Positions 23,901 through 36,700 of a DNA stretch of 64,000 nt are shown here, piece by piece. The stretch is from positions 62,001-126,000 of the forward strand of contig OZ237745.1 of NCBI GenBank assembly GCA_965178125.1, read 5' to 3'. The DNA is from Bilabrum cf. latius. Lineage: Eukaryota. How positions within the stretch are numbered: position 1 is the first letter of the stretch; each line of letters begins with the position of its first letter. A program made the translations under genes and the position numbers. Under the pieces are notes generated by a model. It had not been told where the DNA came from and made no database searches. It saw only the letters and a list, made by a program, of their open reading frames with translations.

Positions 23901-26900
23901 CCTTTGTGCAGCAGAGCAACGGAGCGGCCATCCCCGTGCTGCTCTCGCTCATGGAGAGCACGCCCGATGAGGTTACCTCCTCCCCGCGCCTGACCGTGAG
24001 CATGGACCGACTCAGGTGCGAGGAGAACGTGATCTTCTTCGCGGGCCCCCGCAGCGGACTCAGGGTGCTCTCTGCCAGCGCGTCCTCGCTGTCGCTCATG
24101 GGCGTGGATGCAGACTACCTGCAGCGGGAGTCGTACAGCATCAAGCACCTGCTGCCTAGCGCGGACCGCGGGAGCTTCGACGCGGAGGATTGGGCCCCGT
24201 GGGCGATGCTGGCTCTCCTGGAGAACTCCACTGGGGTGAGGAGGCACGGGAGGAGCGGCAGTCCAGGGCGCGCCTCTCGGTCCATGATCAGCATGCGGGG
24301 CAAGGGCGGCAAGAAGGCCAGGGCCCAGGAGCGGCGCATGAGGGAGCTAGACCGGAGACTAGCCGTTGAGCTGCGGGAGTACCTTGAGTCGGACGAGGCG
24401 CATGCCGGCGGTGACTCGCTTCTCATGATTGCGGGGGGAGACCAGAACGCAGCTGCTGCTATGGGCGGAGCCGGTGCTGCAGGAGGGGGCAAGGGCGGAC
24501 TGGTCTCTCTCGGGTCCTTTATCAAACAGGGCAGGCACGACCTATCAGGTGCCGGATCCAAGAAGAAGAGGAGCAAGGACGGCAAGGGCAACGCGAGGAG
24601 CGCGGCAGGATCGTTCAGGGCGCCGCATCCGCCGCCGGCCATGAGCTCCTCGAGCTCATTCTCTCGCAAGCGGTCTGCGGATGACATGCACCTGTCGGCT
24701 GTGCTCGAGGGAGACATGCGCACGATGCCGGTGTTCCCTGCTTCCATGCAGCTCAAGAGCCTCCTGCGACAGCGGGACACCGGCATGATACCTGTGGAGG
24801 GGGCTTCGGACGGGACGAGGCTTGTGTTCGGGTCCGTGCAGGACCTGACCCCGCTGTTCGGCGAGAGGCAGTTCATGCTGCGGTGGAGGCGGCCAGGGCA
24901 CGAAGAGTCACGGGCGCTCTTGACAGCGGTGCGACAGGCTTTGCTGGACGCGGGCTTCGGCAAGCGAGGCGGTGAAACACAGGAGGGTGGCTCTGGGGGC
25001 TCCCGTGAGAGATTGGGAGCGAAGGCTGCCGGCGATGTACCCACGCCGACTGTGAACGAGTCGAAGAAGAGCAATATTTTGCAGCTTGGATCTGGCGGAG
25101 ACAGCAGGAGCAAAGTATCCGTGTCCGTTGAGGTACCGCAGACGGTACAGCTCACCACCGCTGCGGATGACGATGGCAGCCGATCGATATCAGGCAGCTC
25201 TGCAGGTGGCACAGAGCAGGGGACGGTGGGCACCACCGGGGGCAAAGAGGCAGACTCGAGGGGCACTAGGCGTCGGTTCAGTCAACTGGGTGGGCGCATG
25301 GCCCAGGAGAGCCACTCCAGGCAGCCGTCCTCGAACGCGACTGGCTCAGTTGGGGGCATGTCCGTGAGCCAAGTCGATCCAAAGTTGGGCAGCCGAGAGG
25401 TGTCTAGCAGCTCATAGGCTTCCATGAACAGTCAGACACCCATGAACTCTGAGAAGGGACTGGCTAGCAAGTTCGCTGGGAGGTCTGCGTCACTCATGGT
25501 GGCAGGCAGCAGTACTGGATCTCAAAACAGTACGGCTGCCAACAGCCAGCAGGGCATGTCCTCGGCAAGGGGCATTGCTGCACCGGGCCCACTGATTGCG
25601 AAGGGCCGCCGTGGGTCATTCGCTAGGCATGGAAGTGCGATGAATTCCATGGGCAAGAGGCGAGGGTCGGCGATAAGCGATGGAGGGGCTGCTTTCCGTT
25701 AGAACGCCGAGGACCAGGGCAGCGTGGCATCATCGCAGAGCTGGATGGCGCAACAGCTCAGCAAGGTGGTGCAGACCAGGGCACAGGCAGCCAGCGAGGA
25801 GGTGTACGCGATGCAGGTGACCTTCTCGATACTTCTGGTCATCATCCTCATCCTCGGGGTAGTTGGTATCGTCACGCAGCGCGTCATCGGACAGGAGCTG
25901 CAGCGGGGCTCGCGGTACCTTTACATCACCAGCGAGACAGCCATGGAGTTTCAGGCCTTCTACAATGAGTATCGCTTCTTGGGGGCGCATAATTCAGCCA
26001 CATTCCCCCCGACGCTGCAGGACACCGAGCCCACCTTTCAGCGCATCAAGGCCCGGGCTCTCAGGCACTAGCAGCTGCACCTGGAGCTGACCAAAGCCAC
26101 CCCGGCCCTGGGGGCCCGCCGTGCCATCGACTTCGTGCAGGAGCCCATCTGGCCCTACTCGGACTCGGACCTTGCGGGATCAGCCATCGGCACCACCAAC
26201 GTGAGTGCCCTCAGGATTGGAGACGTGCTGACAGGCATCATGCTGACCATGGCAGGCGGCGAGGAGTCAACCTCGATAATCTTTGAGTCGGTGCCATACC
26301 GCACGCTGACAGTGAACGCAGACACGTACATCGAGGCCCTGAATGCCACTCTGTCCTAGCGACAGCTCGACGTGGTTGACTCTTTCGACACTGCCCGCTT
26401 GCTCATCGGGGGCATTGGCATTGGATGCTTCGTGGTGGCAATCACCGTGGGCTGCATCCTCTTCGTGCGGTCGCTCAGGGGACTCCGACAGCGGACCATT
26501 GCCGTGCTGGATCTGCTGGCCCACATGCCGCAGCGCATCGCCAAGAACCTCAAGAGCAGGGCCAGCGTGCGATTGACCAACACCGTGGCTAAGCTGGAGG
26601 GGCTGGAGGACGAGGACGAGGACAACCAGCGGGACATGGGCCTGGTGGACGAGATGGATGACAAAGAAATGGTCCGGGCTGCCATCGAAGCGGGAGCAGA
26701 ATCCAGTGATTCGGGCAGCTCGGGCGAGGAGGAAGGCGGCGAGGACATGCGCCGAGTGAGGCGTATGGCCTAGTTCCAGCGAGGCAACACCATGAAGCGA
26801 TTGCTGGGCGGGGCACCCAGGTCTGCTGCAGCGGCCACCAAGCTTCAGGACCAGGAGCAGGAGCGCTGGAAGGCACTGATTTCAGCTGAGAACCAGAGGG

Positions 26901-28486
26901 GTGGGGGTGGGCGGCTGATCAGCGGCAACAGCGTGAGTAAGGATACCATGAGTCTTGGCAAGGAAGCACTCAGCATGGGCAAGGAAGAGGCCATGAACAG
27001 CGCCAGGAGCTACGGGTCTGAGGATGAAGAAAGTAATGGAACCGCTGCCAGTGGCGGTGCTGCTCCCCGTCCGAGTGCATCGCAGCCACTAAGGGGCAGG
27101 CGGGGGTCTCGCGTGGTGCCAGCCACGGCAACTGCTGGAGGGGTGCGGGAGAGCTCGCAGGCCAGCCAGGGAACAGAGTCAAGCCAAGTCGACTATGAAG
27201 GATCTCTGGCTGGGTCTGATACTGGCGGTGGTGGCAACTCGAAGGCTGCAGACAAGGCACCGGGCCCGTTCAGTATCGGCGGCCCTGCGTTCAAGCAACC
27301 TGGCTCGCCAGCATCCACCCGCCCGCTGCAGATGGACGCGAAGGCGGACTTGGCCAGGCTTGAGCTGGCCCGGGGGCTCGGGCAGTCCGATGGCGATCTA
27401 CTAAAGACTGGTAGCGATGGCCGCGTGAAGCGGGCAGCAAGCAGCAACCGACGCAAAAAGAGGCGGCAGTCGATCGCAAGGGCGCTTCAGAAACGGGAGT
27501 TTAGAGACAACTGGACGTTCACGCTGCAGTCGACGATCCGTTTCACGGTGCCGCTGATGCTATTCTTCGGCTGGGTGCTGTACCTGGTGATCATGGTTAC
27601 CACGCTGCTCAACCAGGTGATGCGCTACAATGAGAGGATGGTCACGCTGCAGCGAATGGCCATCGACTCGGTTGACTACGTCAGGATTGCGCAGAACGTG
27701 GGCTTCCTTGCACCCACCAATGTGACTCGAGCCAGGGACCAGGCCATTGCGGAGGAGATCGAGGGCCGCATGCTGCAGACTCTGCAGAAAGTCACCATCG
27801 GGGGGGAGGTGGTCGATGAGGCGACTGGCTTGACCACGACCTTGGGCAGCTTGGAGCACGAGTACCCGAAGCGACTCCTGTTCGACGAGGCGTGCTTCGA
27901 GTCTCCTGACCTGGATGGCTGCCTCAGGGCGGGAGAAAGCACCCTCGAGCTGCAGGGCCTCGTGTTCGGGTTCGTGGACCCGAGGACACGCACGTTCACG
28001 CGCTCCATGCGGAACGGTGCCACCACGGCAATCTACTCTCTGGCTCAGGGTCTAAGGCAGTTCATAGGAGGCAGGCACCCAGACATATATCCTGGCGAAA
28101 GTCCTAACTTCAGCCCGTTCACGAACCCCATATACATCCAACTGCTCTTGCTGTGTACTGAGCTGGCCCAGCCGCACTTGCACGACTCGCTTCGGAGAGT
28201 GGCGGCCTTCTATGCTAACGAGGTTGAGGATCGCATTGACTAGTTCATGCAGATCAATGAGGCTGTGATTGGGAGCTACTTGGCAGTGGCCTTCATCGCC
28301 GTTGTGGTGCTCTACTGGAATGCGTTCCAGCACCTGTCGGCCCCGCTGTCTGCCTCGTGGCAGGCCCTCAGCGTGGTGCCACCGGGTGTGAGGGATTCGC
28401 TGCCGGGCATGCGCAAGGGAGTCAGGCAGCTGCTCACCGACGTGCAGGTGGGCAACCAGGCCAGAGGGGATGCGGGCGATGACTGA
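20966..28486. repeat. ~7.5 kb inverted duplication, arm 1 (partner ~52136-59596)
   Basis: Near-identical reverse-complement sequence and translations, for example ORFs 21510/59038, 22482/58066, 23846/56707, 26792/53827 and 28247/52375. Similarity ends just outside the ATG and TGA. Confidence 0.97.
20969..28486 (+). CDS. TmcB/TmcC-like multi-pass membrane protein with helical (TPR-like) region and PAS domain, copy 1
   Basis: Exons 20969-21124, 21271-21463, 21625-23431 and 23566-28486. N-terminal multi-TM block (LYGFAYVMSK...IDALQ, LFLPF, SHGRVD, MPYVH), NYAEFLLELRND, PAS-like GEILSASPAACRLFG...IVG...LLPEP, and later paired TM segments. 12 in-frame TAGs; terminal TGA. Confidence 0.8.
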
Positions 28487-28750
28487 TCCGTAAATGGTCG
28501 GAGGAACGGCTGCATGACCATCTGCTCCTCAAATCCTGAATGAATCCGGATATGTGGTTTGCTGGTGTGCCGATGCGCACAACATGGAGCAGTAGAGTCC
28601 TGGTATGTGTCTTGCTTATCTTACTCGTATTTTAAATCCAAATTCCAGATGTCCAGCAAGTTGTGCTCAACTGCCAGACTTTTCTGCATATAAGTATCCT
28701 TACGCGACTGAGAGACAGCGAATCCGCAGAGTCCCGATCCAGCTGTCGCG

Positions 28751-31363
28751 TCAAAGCTCCACTTGCGAGCTTACCACAACATGCGGCTTCCTCGCCCTCC
28801 TCAGCCTGCGGTACTCGTCAAACGTGGTGTCAGTCCCCGGCTCCACCTTCCCGTCCTCATCGTCAGAGTCACTGTCGCTCTCTTCCCCTGGAGGTGGGGC
28901 GCGGTGGTCCCTACCTCCCCTCCTGAGAGACTTCTTCGCCTCCCTCAGTGGCACTGAGGACACAAACGTGACGAAGTCCCGCCTCGACTTCGGGGGCGCG
29001 GGCGGCAGTTCTGGGGGGTCAAACCTCCCCTCCCGGTCTCTGGCCAGCGACTCGAGGCTGGACGCCCGCAGCTGCAGCTCGGTGGCCTCCGCCCGCATCC
29101 GTGCCGCTTGTTCTCTGGCAGCGCGCAGCTCCTCGGGGCTTCTGCGGTCCTTGTTATGAGCGCTTGCCACCACTGTCCCCTCGGCGGCTGGCTCGATGCG
29201 GGCGGCCCTTTGCCGCAGCAGCACCGCCCTGGCCCTATGTCCCCTCGCCCGCTCCATCGCTTCGGCCGGCTCCATCACGCGGAAGCCGAACTGCCGCCCG
29301 CCCCCGCGCCCCCCTGTCCCCACGCCACCGGCCCGGCCCGTCTTCCTCAGCCGACGCTGCGCCAGCCTCGCGGGGTCCACTGTCCCGTCGGCCCTTCTCT
29401 CTCGAGCCGTAGCGCGGGCAGCCTCTCTGGCCCGCAGCTGCAGCCGAGCCGCCTCCCGGGGCGGAGGCGCGGCTGCCCTCAGGAACTCCTTCCTGCTGAT
29501 GGATCCGGAGCCGTCTCTGTCCAGGGATCGGAGCATCTCGTCCACCACGTCCTTGGGGTCAGAACCGACAGCCAGTCCCGCGCCGAGGGCCCAGGGAACA
29601 AGTCCCAGGTCGGCGGCCCTGTCCATGGCCCGCGCAATCTCGCGCCCCGTCAGCTGCCCGGACCTGTCCGCGTCCGCTTCATCGAAGACTCGCTGCAGCT
29701 GCACCCGCTCCCACTGGCCCAGCACCCCGGTCTGCGCGGTGAGTGCTGCCGCCCCGAGGGCCTCCTGCGTGTCGCTGGCGGCTGCACCCACCCGCCCCGC
29801 CACGGCACCGTCCTTCGCACCCACATCGAAGAGGGCCGGGTCCAGCGTGTACAGTGCGGCAGGCAACTCCTTCTCCTCGCCTGTACCGGCCAAGCCGCCC
29901 CCTGTCCCTATCCCTGTCCACGAGCCTGTCCACGAGGCACCCATGGGGACTCCATGGGCGCCCGGCCTCGTCAACCCCAGGGCGAGACTGCCTCCCAGCG
30001 CCCCCGTGCTCTACATATAACCTCCACTCGAGGCTCCGAATCCTGGCCCATCCCCGCGCATCGTGCCAGCGCCAGCTCCAGAGTCTGCGTGTCTCCGCAA
30101 TGGACTGCCGAACGTTGTGCCTGCTTGCGCGCCCTCCATCCTGCCCCCAGTGTGACCACCCACGATCCCAGTAGTCCCACCTCCACCGGTCCTCGCCAGT
30201 GCCTGCTGCAACTCAACGGCTTTCTTGGCGCGGGTCCTCGCCGCCCGCACCGTCTAGCTCTGCTGCTATCTCGCCTGCCGCACCCCACCCACGGACCGTG
30301 GCCTGCTCCCAGGGAACAACGCACCCGAGCCCGCGGCCCCCCTCGCCTCCTACAGACCCGCCGCCACCGCAGCGTCCTCTGGCAAGGCCCCCCTGCCCAG
30401 CATGTCAACGGCCAGGGTAGACGCCTTCAGGCCCGCTTCGCCTTCGCAGGCCAGCCGAAGCGCGGATGTGAGGCCGGAGTCGTCCCGCGCGACCCTATCC
30501 CTGGCCTTCCTCCCGTGGCTCAGGTTTTCTGCAGTGGCCCGCCTGGCATTTGCCTGCCTTTTGCGCTGTGCCCTGCGGACGGTACGGGCCAGCTCGCGGC
30601 GGGTGAGCGACTCCCCGCCGGCTGCGAAGAGTGGGAGCCCGCGGCTGGTGGTGGCGCCCAGCCCGAGATCGCGGGGGAGGCCCGATCTAGACGCCCCCAA
30701 CGCTGCTGGCCTGGTCCCCTGTCCGGCTGCTACCCCCCTGGACCGGCGAGCAGCTGCAGGCGAGGCCAGCAGAGCAGAGGTGCCGCCGCGGCTGGCCCGT
30801 GATCGTGGCGAGCCTTTCGGAGATGCAGAGAACTTTCGCGATGCTGCCTATCGCTCCAACACTGTGATGCGCTGCCTGTCCAGCACCTCAAGCGACGGCA
30901 TCGAAGCAACCACGCGCAATCTGTAGCCCACCTCTTGCGACACAGGGTTCCCGCTGAGTTCCAGTTCCCGCAGGAATCGCATGTTCTTCAGGTACTGTAT
31001 GGCTTGTGATAATCCGGATATTGCATTATTTCCCAGCAGAAGCACCCGCAGAAACTTGAAATGCTGCAAGCTGCCCTCCAAGCTGCGGATTCGGTTGTCA
31101 GGGCAGCTGAGCTTCTCCATCCGAAAGCAGCTGTCCAAGCCGCTTATTTCGGTAAGTCGGTTAGATCCCAAATACAGTATTTTAAGATTTACGAACCGAT
31201 TAAAGTTCGCAAGTTTCTACAACCCCATGCTGGACATGTGCAGCTCAGTGCAGTCGCGAATGCTCTTGGCACTTAAGCTAGGTAGCAACGCAGCAGGTTT
31301 GCTGACTACCAGGCCTTTATACTCCTCTGGAACCCCAAGAACTTCATCGGCCAGCTTCGACAT
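28751..31363 (-). CDS. LRR protein (LRRC72/U2A'-like N-terminus with LRRcap) plus two EF-hands
   Basis: LRRs LKILYLGSNRLTEISGL, LRVLLLGNNAI and LRELELSGNPV; LRRcap YRLRVVASMPSLEVLD; EF-hands DADRSGQLTGRE and DRDGSGSISRKE. One frame with TAG at 31217, 30848, 30350, 30266, 30254 and 30011. Ends TGA. Confidence 0.85.
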
Positions 31364-31626
31364 AGTCCACACGAAGCTGCAAAGCCGGGATTTGAAACGA
31401 TCCGTTGCGGCCGATATTTCGAGCTCCGAATCATAGCCTGTCCGAACAGCACCGATTGCAGTGCACCTTGCGGCGTCCAGTAATAATCCATTATCAACGT
31501 CAACTACACACCGGCGAAAAATGGGAGTGTCCACCCTGAAAATAAGACGCACTGCGCATCATTGCACGCGGGATCTACAGTAAGAAGCTGGTGGCTACAC
31601 CTGCTACAGCTCCGGGGCCATGCAGT

Positions 31627-33508
31627 TCATTCCGAGTCGCTCCATTCGTCATCCTCCGCACCCGCCTCCTCATCCTCCGACACTAGCTCCTCGGCGCCAT
31701 CGCCGCCCGCCCCGCTCGCGGCAGGCGCAGGCTCAGGCGCAGGCGCGGGGGCAGGGGCCGCCACCTCCTCCTCGTCCCACCCGTCGTCCTCGTCCTCGTC
31801 ATCGTCCGACTCCTCCGCAGCAGCCGCCGCCCCCCCTTGCGCCGCACCCCCATCGCCCCCGGCCCCCGGCCCCTCGATGGCTCCCATTCCCATAATGTAC
31901 CTGCTCTTGGCTTTGAGCGCCTTCTTCATGATGTCGATGCGCTGTGCGTCCCGCTTCACCGCCTCCACTCTCTCCTCGAAGAACTTGAGCAGAGTCTTGA
32001 CGTCCGCGAACACGTCGATGTCCAGCTTGATCCCGTTCCTCCTGAGGGCATCGTCCAGCCGCTTGACCGAGTCCTCCGCGATGGCCAGCTTGCGCTCCAG
32101 CTTCCTCCTCTCCCTCGTCTCCTTCTTCAGCTTGCTCTTCTGGTCCTTGACCGCCTGCAGCTGGTCCTTGAGTGCCTCCTTCTCGTCCGTCACCTGTGCC
32201 AGGCTCGCTTCCAGCTCCTGCGCGGTGGCCGTCATCTGCTGCACGTGCGACTGGAGGTCTGCTTGCTCCCTCCGCATGCGGGCCCGCTCAGCCTCCAGCT
32301 CCTCCGCCCTCTGCCTCGCCTCGTCATCGTCCGCGGCCGCGTTGCTGGCCTCCCTCGCCGCCCGCACCGCCTCGTCCAAGGAGGCGAGGGCGTCGGCCTT
32401 CTCGCTGACGGCCCTCTCGGCGGCCTCCCGCGCCTCCTTGATCTCGTCGTTGAAGCGGGCCTGCTCCGCCTCGCGCTCAGCGATGATCTTCTCGGCCTTC
32501 TCCCGCATGGCCAGGGCCTCTGCGGCGCCTTGCTCCAGTTCCTGCCTCGCCGCCTGCTCGGCTGCGAGCTTGGCTGCCTGGTCCTGCAGGTCTTTCAGAG
32601 CCTTCTCCTTCTCCTCCGCGGTGGCGCTGCCTTCTGCTTCCAGTTTCTTGATCTGAGCATCGCCTAACATTGCATTTTCCATTGTACTGCGGGGAAACGA
32701 TCGATAGATGTAGAGTGGGGGGCTGTTCCTCAAGCGGCAGGAGGGTTGGCACGGTCGGAGGGTCAATCGACCCCTAAATCGCCCTAGGTGCCTTTCCAGC
32801 GGGGGGCGCGCATACCGCGGAAATAGCATAAAGTCGTAGAATGCAGCCGGAGTCGTATCCGGACAGCATCATGTCATGACCAAGAGTCGGTGGATTGCTT
32901 GGTCTCACACTCGGGAACACTCGTCGATCGCTTGAAGCCAGGCAGTCTAATCTTCCTCAGTCTCTGCCGCAAGAACCAGGACTCGACCAGCCACAAAATC
33001 AGGATGAGAGATGCAGAATCCGAACTTAGACCCACCGGGCCCACGCTCTACCTTCTCAACATTGCAGCCGCCCAGTGGGATAACACCGCGCGGCTTGGTA
33101 TCAAACGACTCGAAGTCCGCTGGCTTGCTCGGGGCGTAGTACAACAAAAAACCATCCTTTGCTACGAATAATCGCTTTTGCCATCGCTCCGACGAGCTAC
33201 TGTGAGGGATCGAAAATTGGCGAGGACGCAACCTTAGTACCTGCAACAAGCGCAAGGGCTCCCAATCAGGCTCGATTCTGTTCAAGCAAACGAATTTGAA
33301 CAATGATTAATCAATCAGGGCAAATAAAGCTGCCAGCAGGCAATGCTGTAATGCACTGTGATGCTTCGTTGGCAGTTGCACCTTGAGAATGCAGGCCAGT
33401 CTGCGCCTAAGCCAGTTCTCACGAGCTCATCGGGAGCTTGTGCAGATACCCCGACTTCTAATATTTAGCCTTGATAGCGCCGCTCATGCTGTCTCTTCGT
33501 CCAAACAT
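31627..33508 (-). CDS. PH-domain plus coiled-coil protein (PLEKHD1-like)
   Basis: Exons 33508-33423, 33199-32909 and 32686-31627. Reads KSGYLHKLPM...WQKRLFVAKDGFLLYY...PRGVIPLGGC...ISHPDF...LAAETEED[TAG]TAWLQAI...VTMENAMLGDAQIKKLE, then a coiled coil and acidic tail. TAG at 33458 and 32947. Ends TGA. Confidence 0.85.
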
Positions 33509-33773
33509 TGTAAATTCCCTCGACTCCGAATCGGCGGATGTACTCGGAAGCGTCTGCTTCTACTGGCTTGAACAGCAACGTGAACACCCAAGTGGCACCT
33601 GAGTATATGTGTTTTGTTCTAGCAACAGCAAACAATCCAGGCGGACTTGTTTTCTTCTACGAGCAAATGGCGCGATCCGTCTCATCGCGCTGCCGTAAAC
33701 CACATTTTTGCCCGTTCAGTCTTTAAAGTACACTCAACTTCGTATTACTCGAAAAAACACTCTTGGGGGCCTC

Positions 33774-36700
33774 ATGGACGAGAAAGGGCTGAATGGGCCC
33801 ACCCTATCGCAAATACGCGATATATTTGACAACAACTCTTACAACACGGATGATGGAGATGGGAAGGCCATGAGTGAGCATCGCTGGATGTTGACTCTCT
33901 CGCCTTAATCGCATTGCATGACCTTCGCACCTAAATGTCAACCTTTGAGTCTTACTGCAGGTTTCTACGGGCTCCGCTCTGTGATTTCGTAGTGCCAGAA
34001 GCTGACTGTTGGCAGAGATGCTGTAGAGTTGGCGTTTTCAGCGTGTTCGTAGGGTGCCCATTCTTCAGGCACCGACAGCTCGACTCAGGGGTAAGGCGCA
34101 ATTCCATGGAACCGCGCGCGTTTCATTTTTTGAGTGTGCATGCATAGATCTGGGTGCCAGTCTTCTTGTGCTACTATCGCAGTCATCTTTCATTCGATGG
34201 ATTCTTGGATGCGCTTGAGGAGCTAAGCAACCACGTGTATGGCACAGAATGTGAGTTATGCGATATGCAATCACTTGGGTATCATATCTAAATTGCTTGT
34301 GTACTTTGTTGAAATGGCCGAGTCAATTCGTTGTGTGCAACGACTTCGAACCGGTCATCGTCCGCAGCGGGGACCGACGGTTCTCTCGCTCGACTGGTCA
34401 AGGAGCACTTGCTCCCTTCCAACCTGGATGTCCCGATGCTGGCCGCGGATGGAGGCGTCCACGAGCCGAAGCGAAGCTCAAGATACCGCAGCGGGAGCCC
34501 CAGCCCCAGTCCTGCACTCCCCAAGGGGTTCGGGCTGGTTGGTCCAGAGAGCCGTCCCGGCCGCAGCAGAGCGAGCTCATCAGGCTCATCCTATTCGTTG
34601 GAGCGGAGGCTAGCAGAGGCCATCTCGGGTGCGGCGCGAGGCGGAAATTCGCCTGCTGCCGCCGCTGCCGCCTCTGCGGGGCTGGGCCCGCTGCCTGGGG
34701 TAGACCAGTTGATGGGTGCATCGCACGCAGGTGCAGGCGCAGCAGCGGGGGGCCCGAGACGCCCTCCCCCTCGCGTTGCCTTTGGCAGCGGCGCGGCAGG
34801 CCGCACCATGCTCAGCGCGATGGGGCCGGGGGGGCTGGTGTTCTCGCCCATGGCAATGGCAATGCGCACGGGCGGGGCTTCCTCCCCCAGGGGTCGAGGG
34901 GACTCGGGGGAACAGTGGGGACCGAGCCCCGGCCCCAGCACCAGGGCATCCTCGAGAGGCCGGGCGGGGAACAAGGCGCACCACCGCGCAGTGCACCCGC
35001 CCTCCAGGGCCCGGAAGCGGGCGCCGACCCTCGGCTGGCCCCGACGAGCCCCGGGCCGGGACCCTGTGGTGCGCGACATCCGCTCCTTCCTGTGGAGTGT
35101 GGGCCTGGAGCACGCGATGGGGCCGCTCAGGGAACAAGGCATCGCCACGCTGGCGGACTGCGCGGGATTGCGCGAGGCCACTGCAGCTGCTGCGGGCCTC
35201 ATGCAGGACGAGAGGGCCCGTCTGCTGATGGCGTGCCGGAGGGTCAGCGGGGGCGGCTTCGACACGTCTGTGCCCCTAGACCAGCGCGCCAGGCAGCTGA
35301 GGGCCGTTTCCACGGAGAGGAGGAGGAGGGCGCACCAGGAGAGGGAGGAGGCCCTCGCGGTGGATTCCCCCAGGGGTGTTGGGGGCAGTGCCCTGGGGAT
35401 GGGGTCGGGCGACTCCACCGCCAACGCATCAAGGGGGAACTGGCTGATGTCACTGCGAGGGGACAAAGACGCAGGTGACTTGAGGGGGAATGACAAGGGA
35501 AGGGAAGGGGGTCTTTCTCCCGGGCACGAGGCAGGCTGGGTCGGCGTGGGTGCCAGGGGCAGGAGCGGGAGCGTCGCATCATTTGCCTATGAGGTCGGGG
35601 CCCAGCTGCGTGGCCTGGGCCTGGATCAGCAGCAGCAGCAGGGGCAGCAGCAGGGGCGCCAGGGCGAGGACGAAGCCGGTTACGGCGCCTTGGAGGGGCG
35701 GTCTGTGGGAAGATCCAGTGTGATGAGTGACCGGGCGGGCCGGCTCTCTGTGAGTCCTCAGCTGCCGGACAAGACCATATCTAGGGAACAACAACCGCAG
35801 GCAGTGGATCTACCCGGCGATGTTGATGCGTAGCAATCAACGGAGGCTACAGGAGTGGGAGTAGGAGTGGCAGTGGGAGGCTATGAGTGGGAGGAGTTCA
35901 CCAACGGGGATGGTTACGTGTACTATGTGCATTTGCAGAGCGGCCGCACGCAGTGGGAGCACCCGGGGGTCGGAGACGGTGGGGATCAGGAGCAGGGCAA
36001 GGGGGGCAGTAAGGGCGAGGCAAAGCTCGTGTCGTAGGAAAGCAAGGGCGAGGGCGAGGGCGAGGTGGAGGGGAGCGAGGACGCAGTGCCCCGCGTGCTG
36101 ACTCTCGTGGTGAAGCGGGCGATCCAGGAGGCATCCGAGCTGGCAGCGGCGAAGGCCAGGGAGGCGGCTAGGAGCGGGAATGGAGATGGGCAGGGAGATG
36201 GACGTGGGGATGGCGATGGGGATTGGCAGGGAGTGGCAGGGCCCGGCCAAAGGCCCACGCGCCGGATCCACTCCACCGTGAGCATGCGAGGTTCTGGTTG
36301 GGGTCAGAGCGCCGGTGCTGCTGGTGGTGGTGCTGGTGCTCCCCCCGAGGTACGGGTGGGCGAGTCCGGGAACTTGCTGCTGCCTCAGGGAGGCATGCGT
36401 GATGAGTGGAGGCAGACGTGGGAGGAGCTGCTGGGGCCCATCCACACCCCTGCGAGGGGCGGGTCCAGGGCGGGAAGCAGGGTCAGTACCAGGCCCAGCT
36501 CTCGCAGCGGCAGCAGGAGCAGGGCGCGGCCAAGGGGGGCACACTGGACGGATACGTCAGGGAACACAGGGAACACAAGCAGGGCACCCAGGTCTGTAGT
36601 GGGCTCGGGGGCGGTGGCCGGGGCAGCCTTCGCCCGCCGCTGGTTGGCGCAACACCCCGGCGGCATGGGCGTGATCCGCGCGCCAGGGGAGGCCAGCGCG

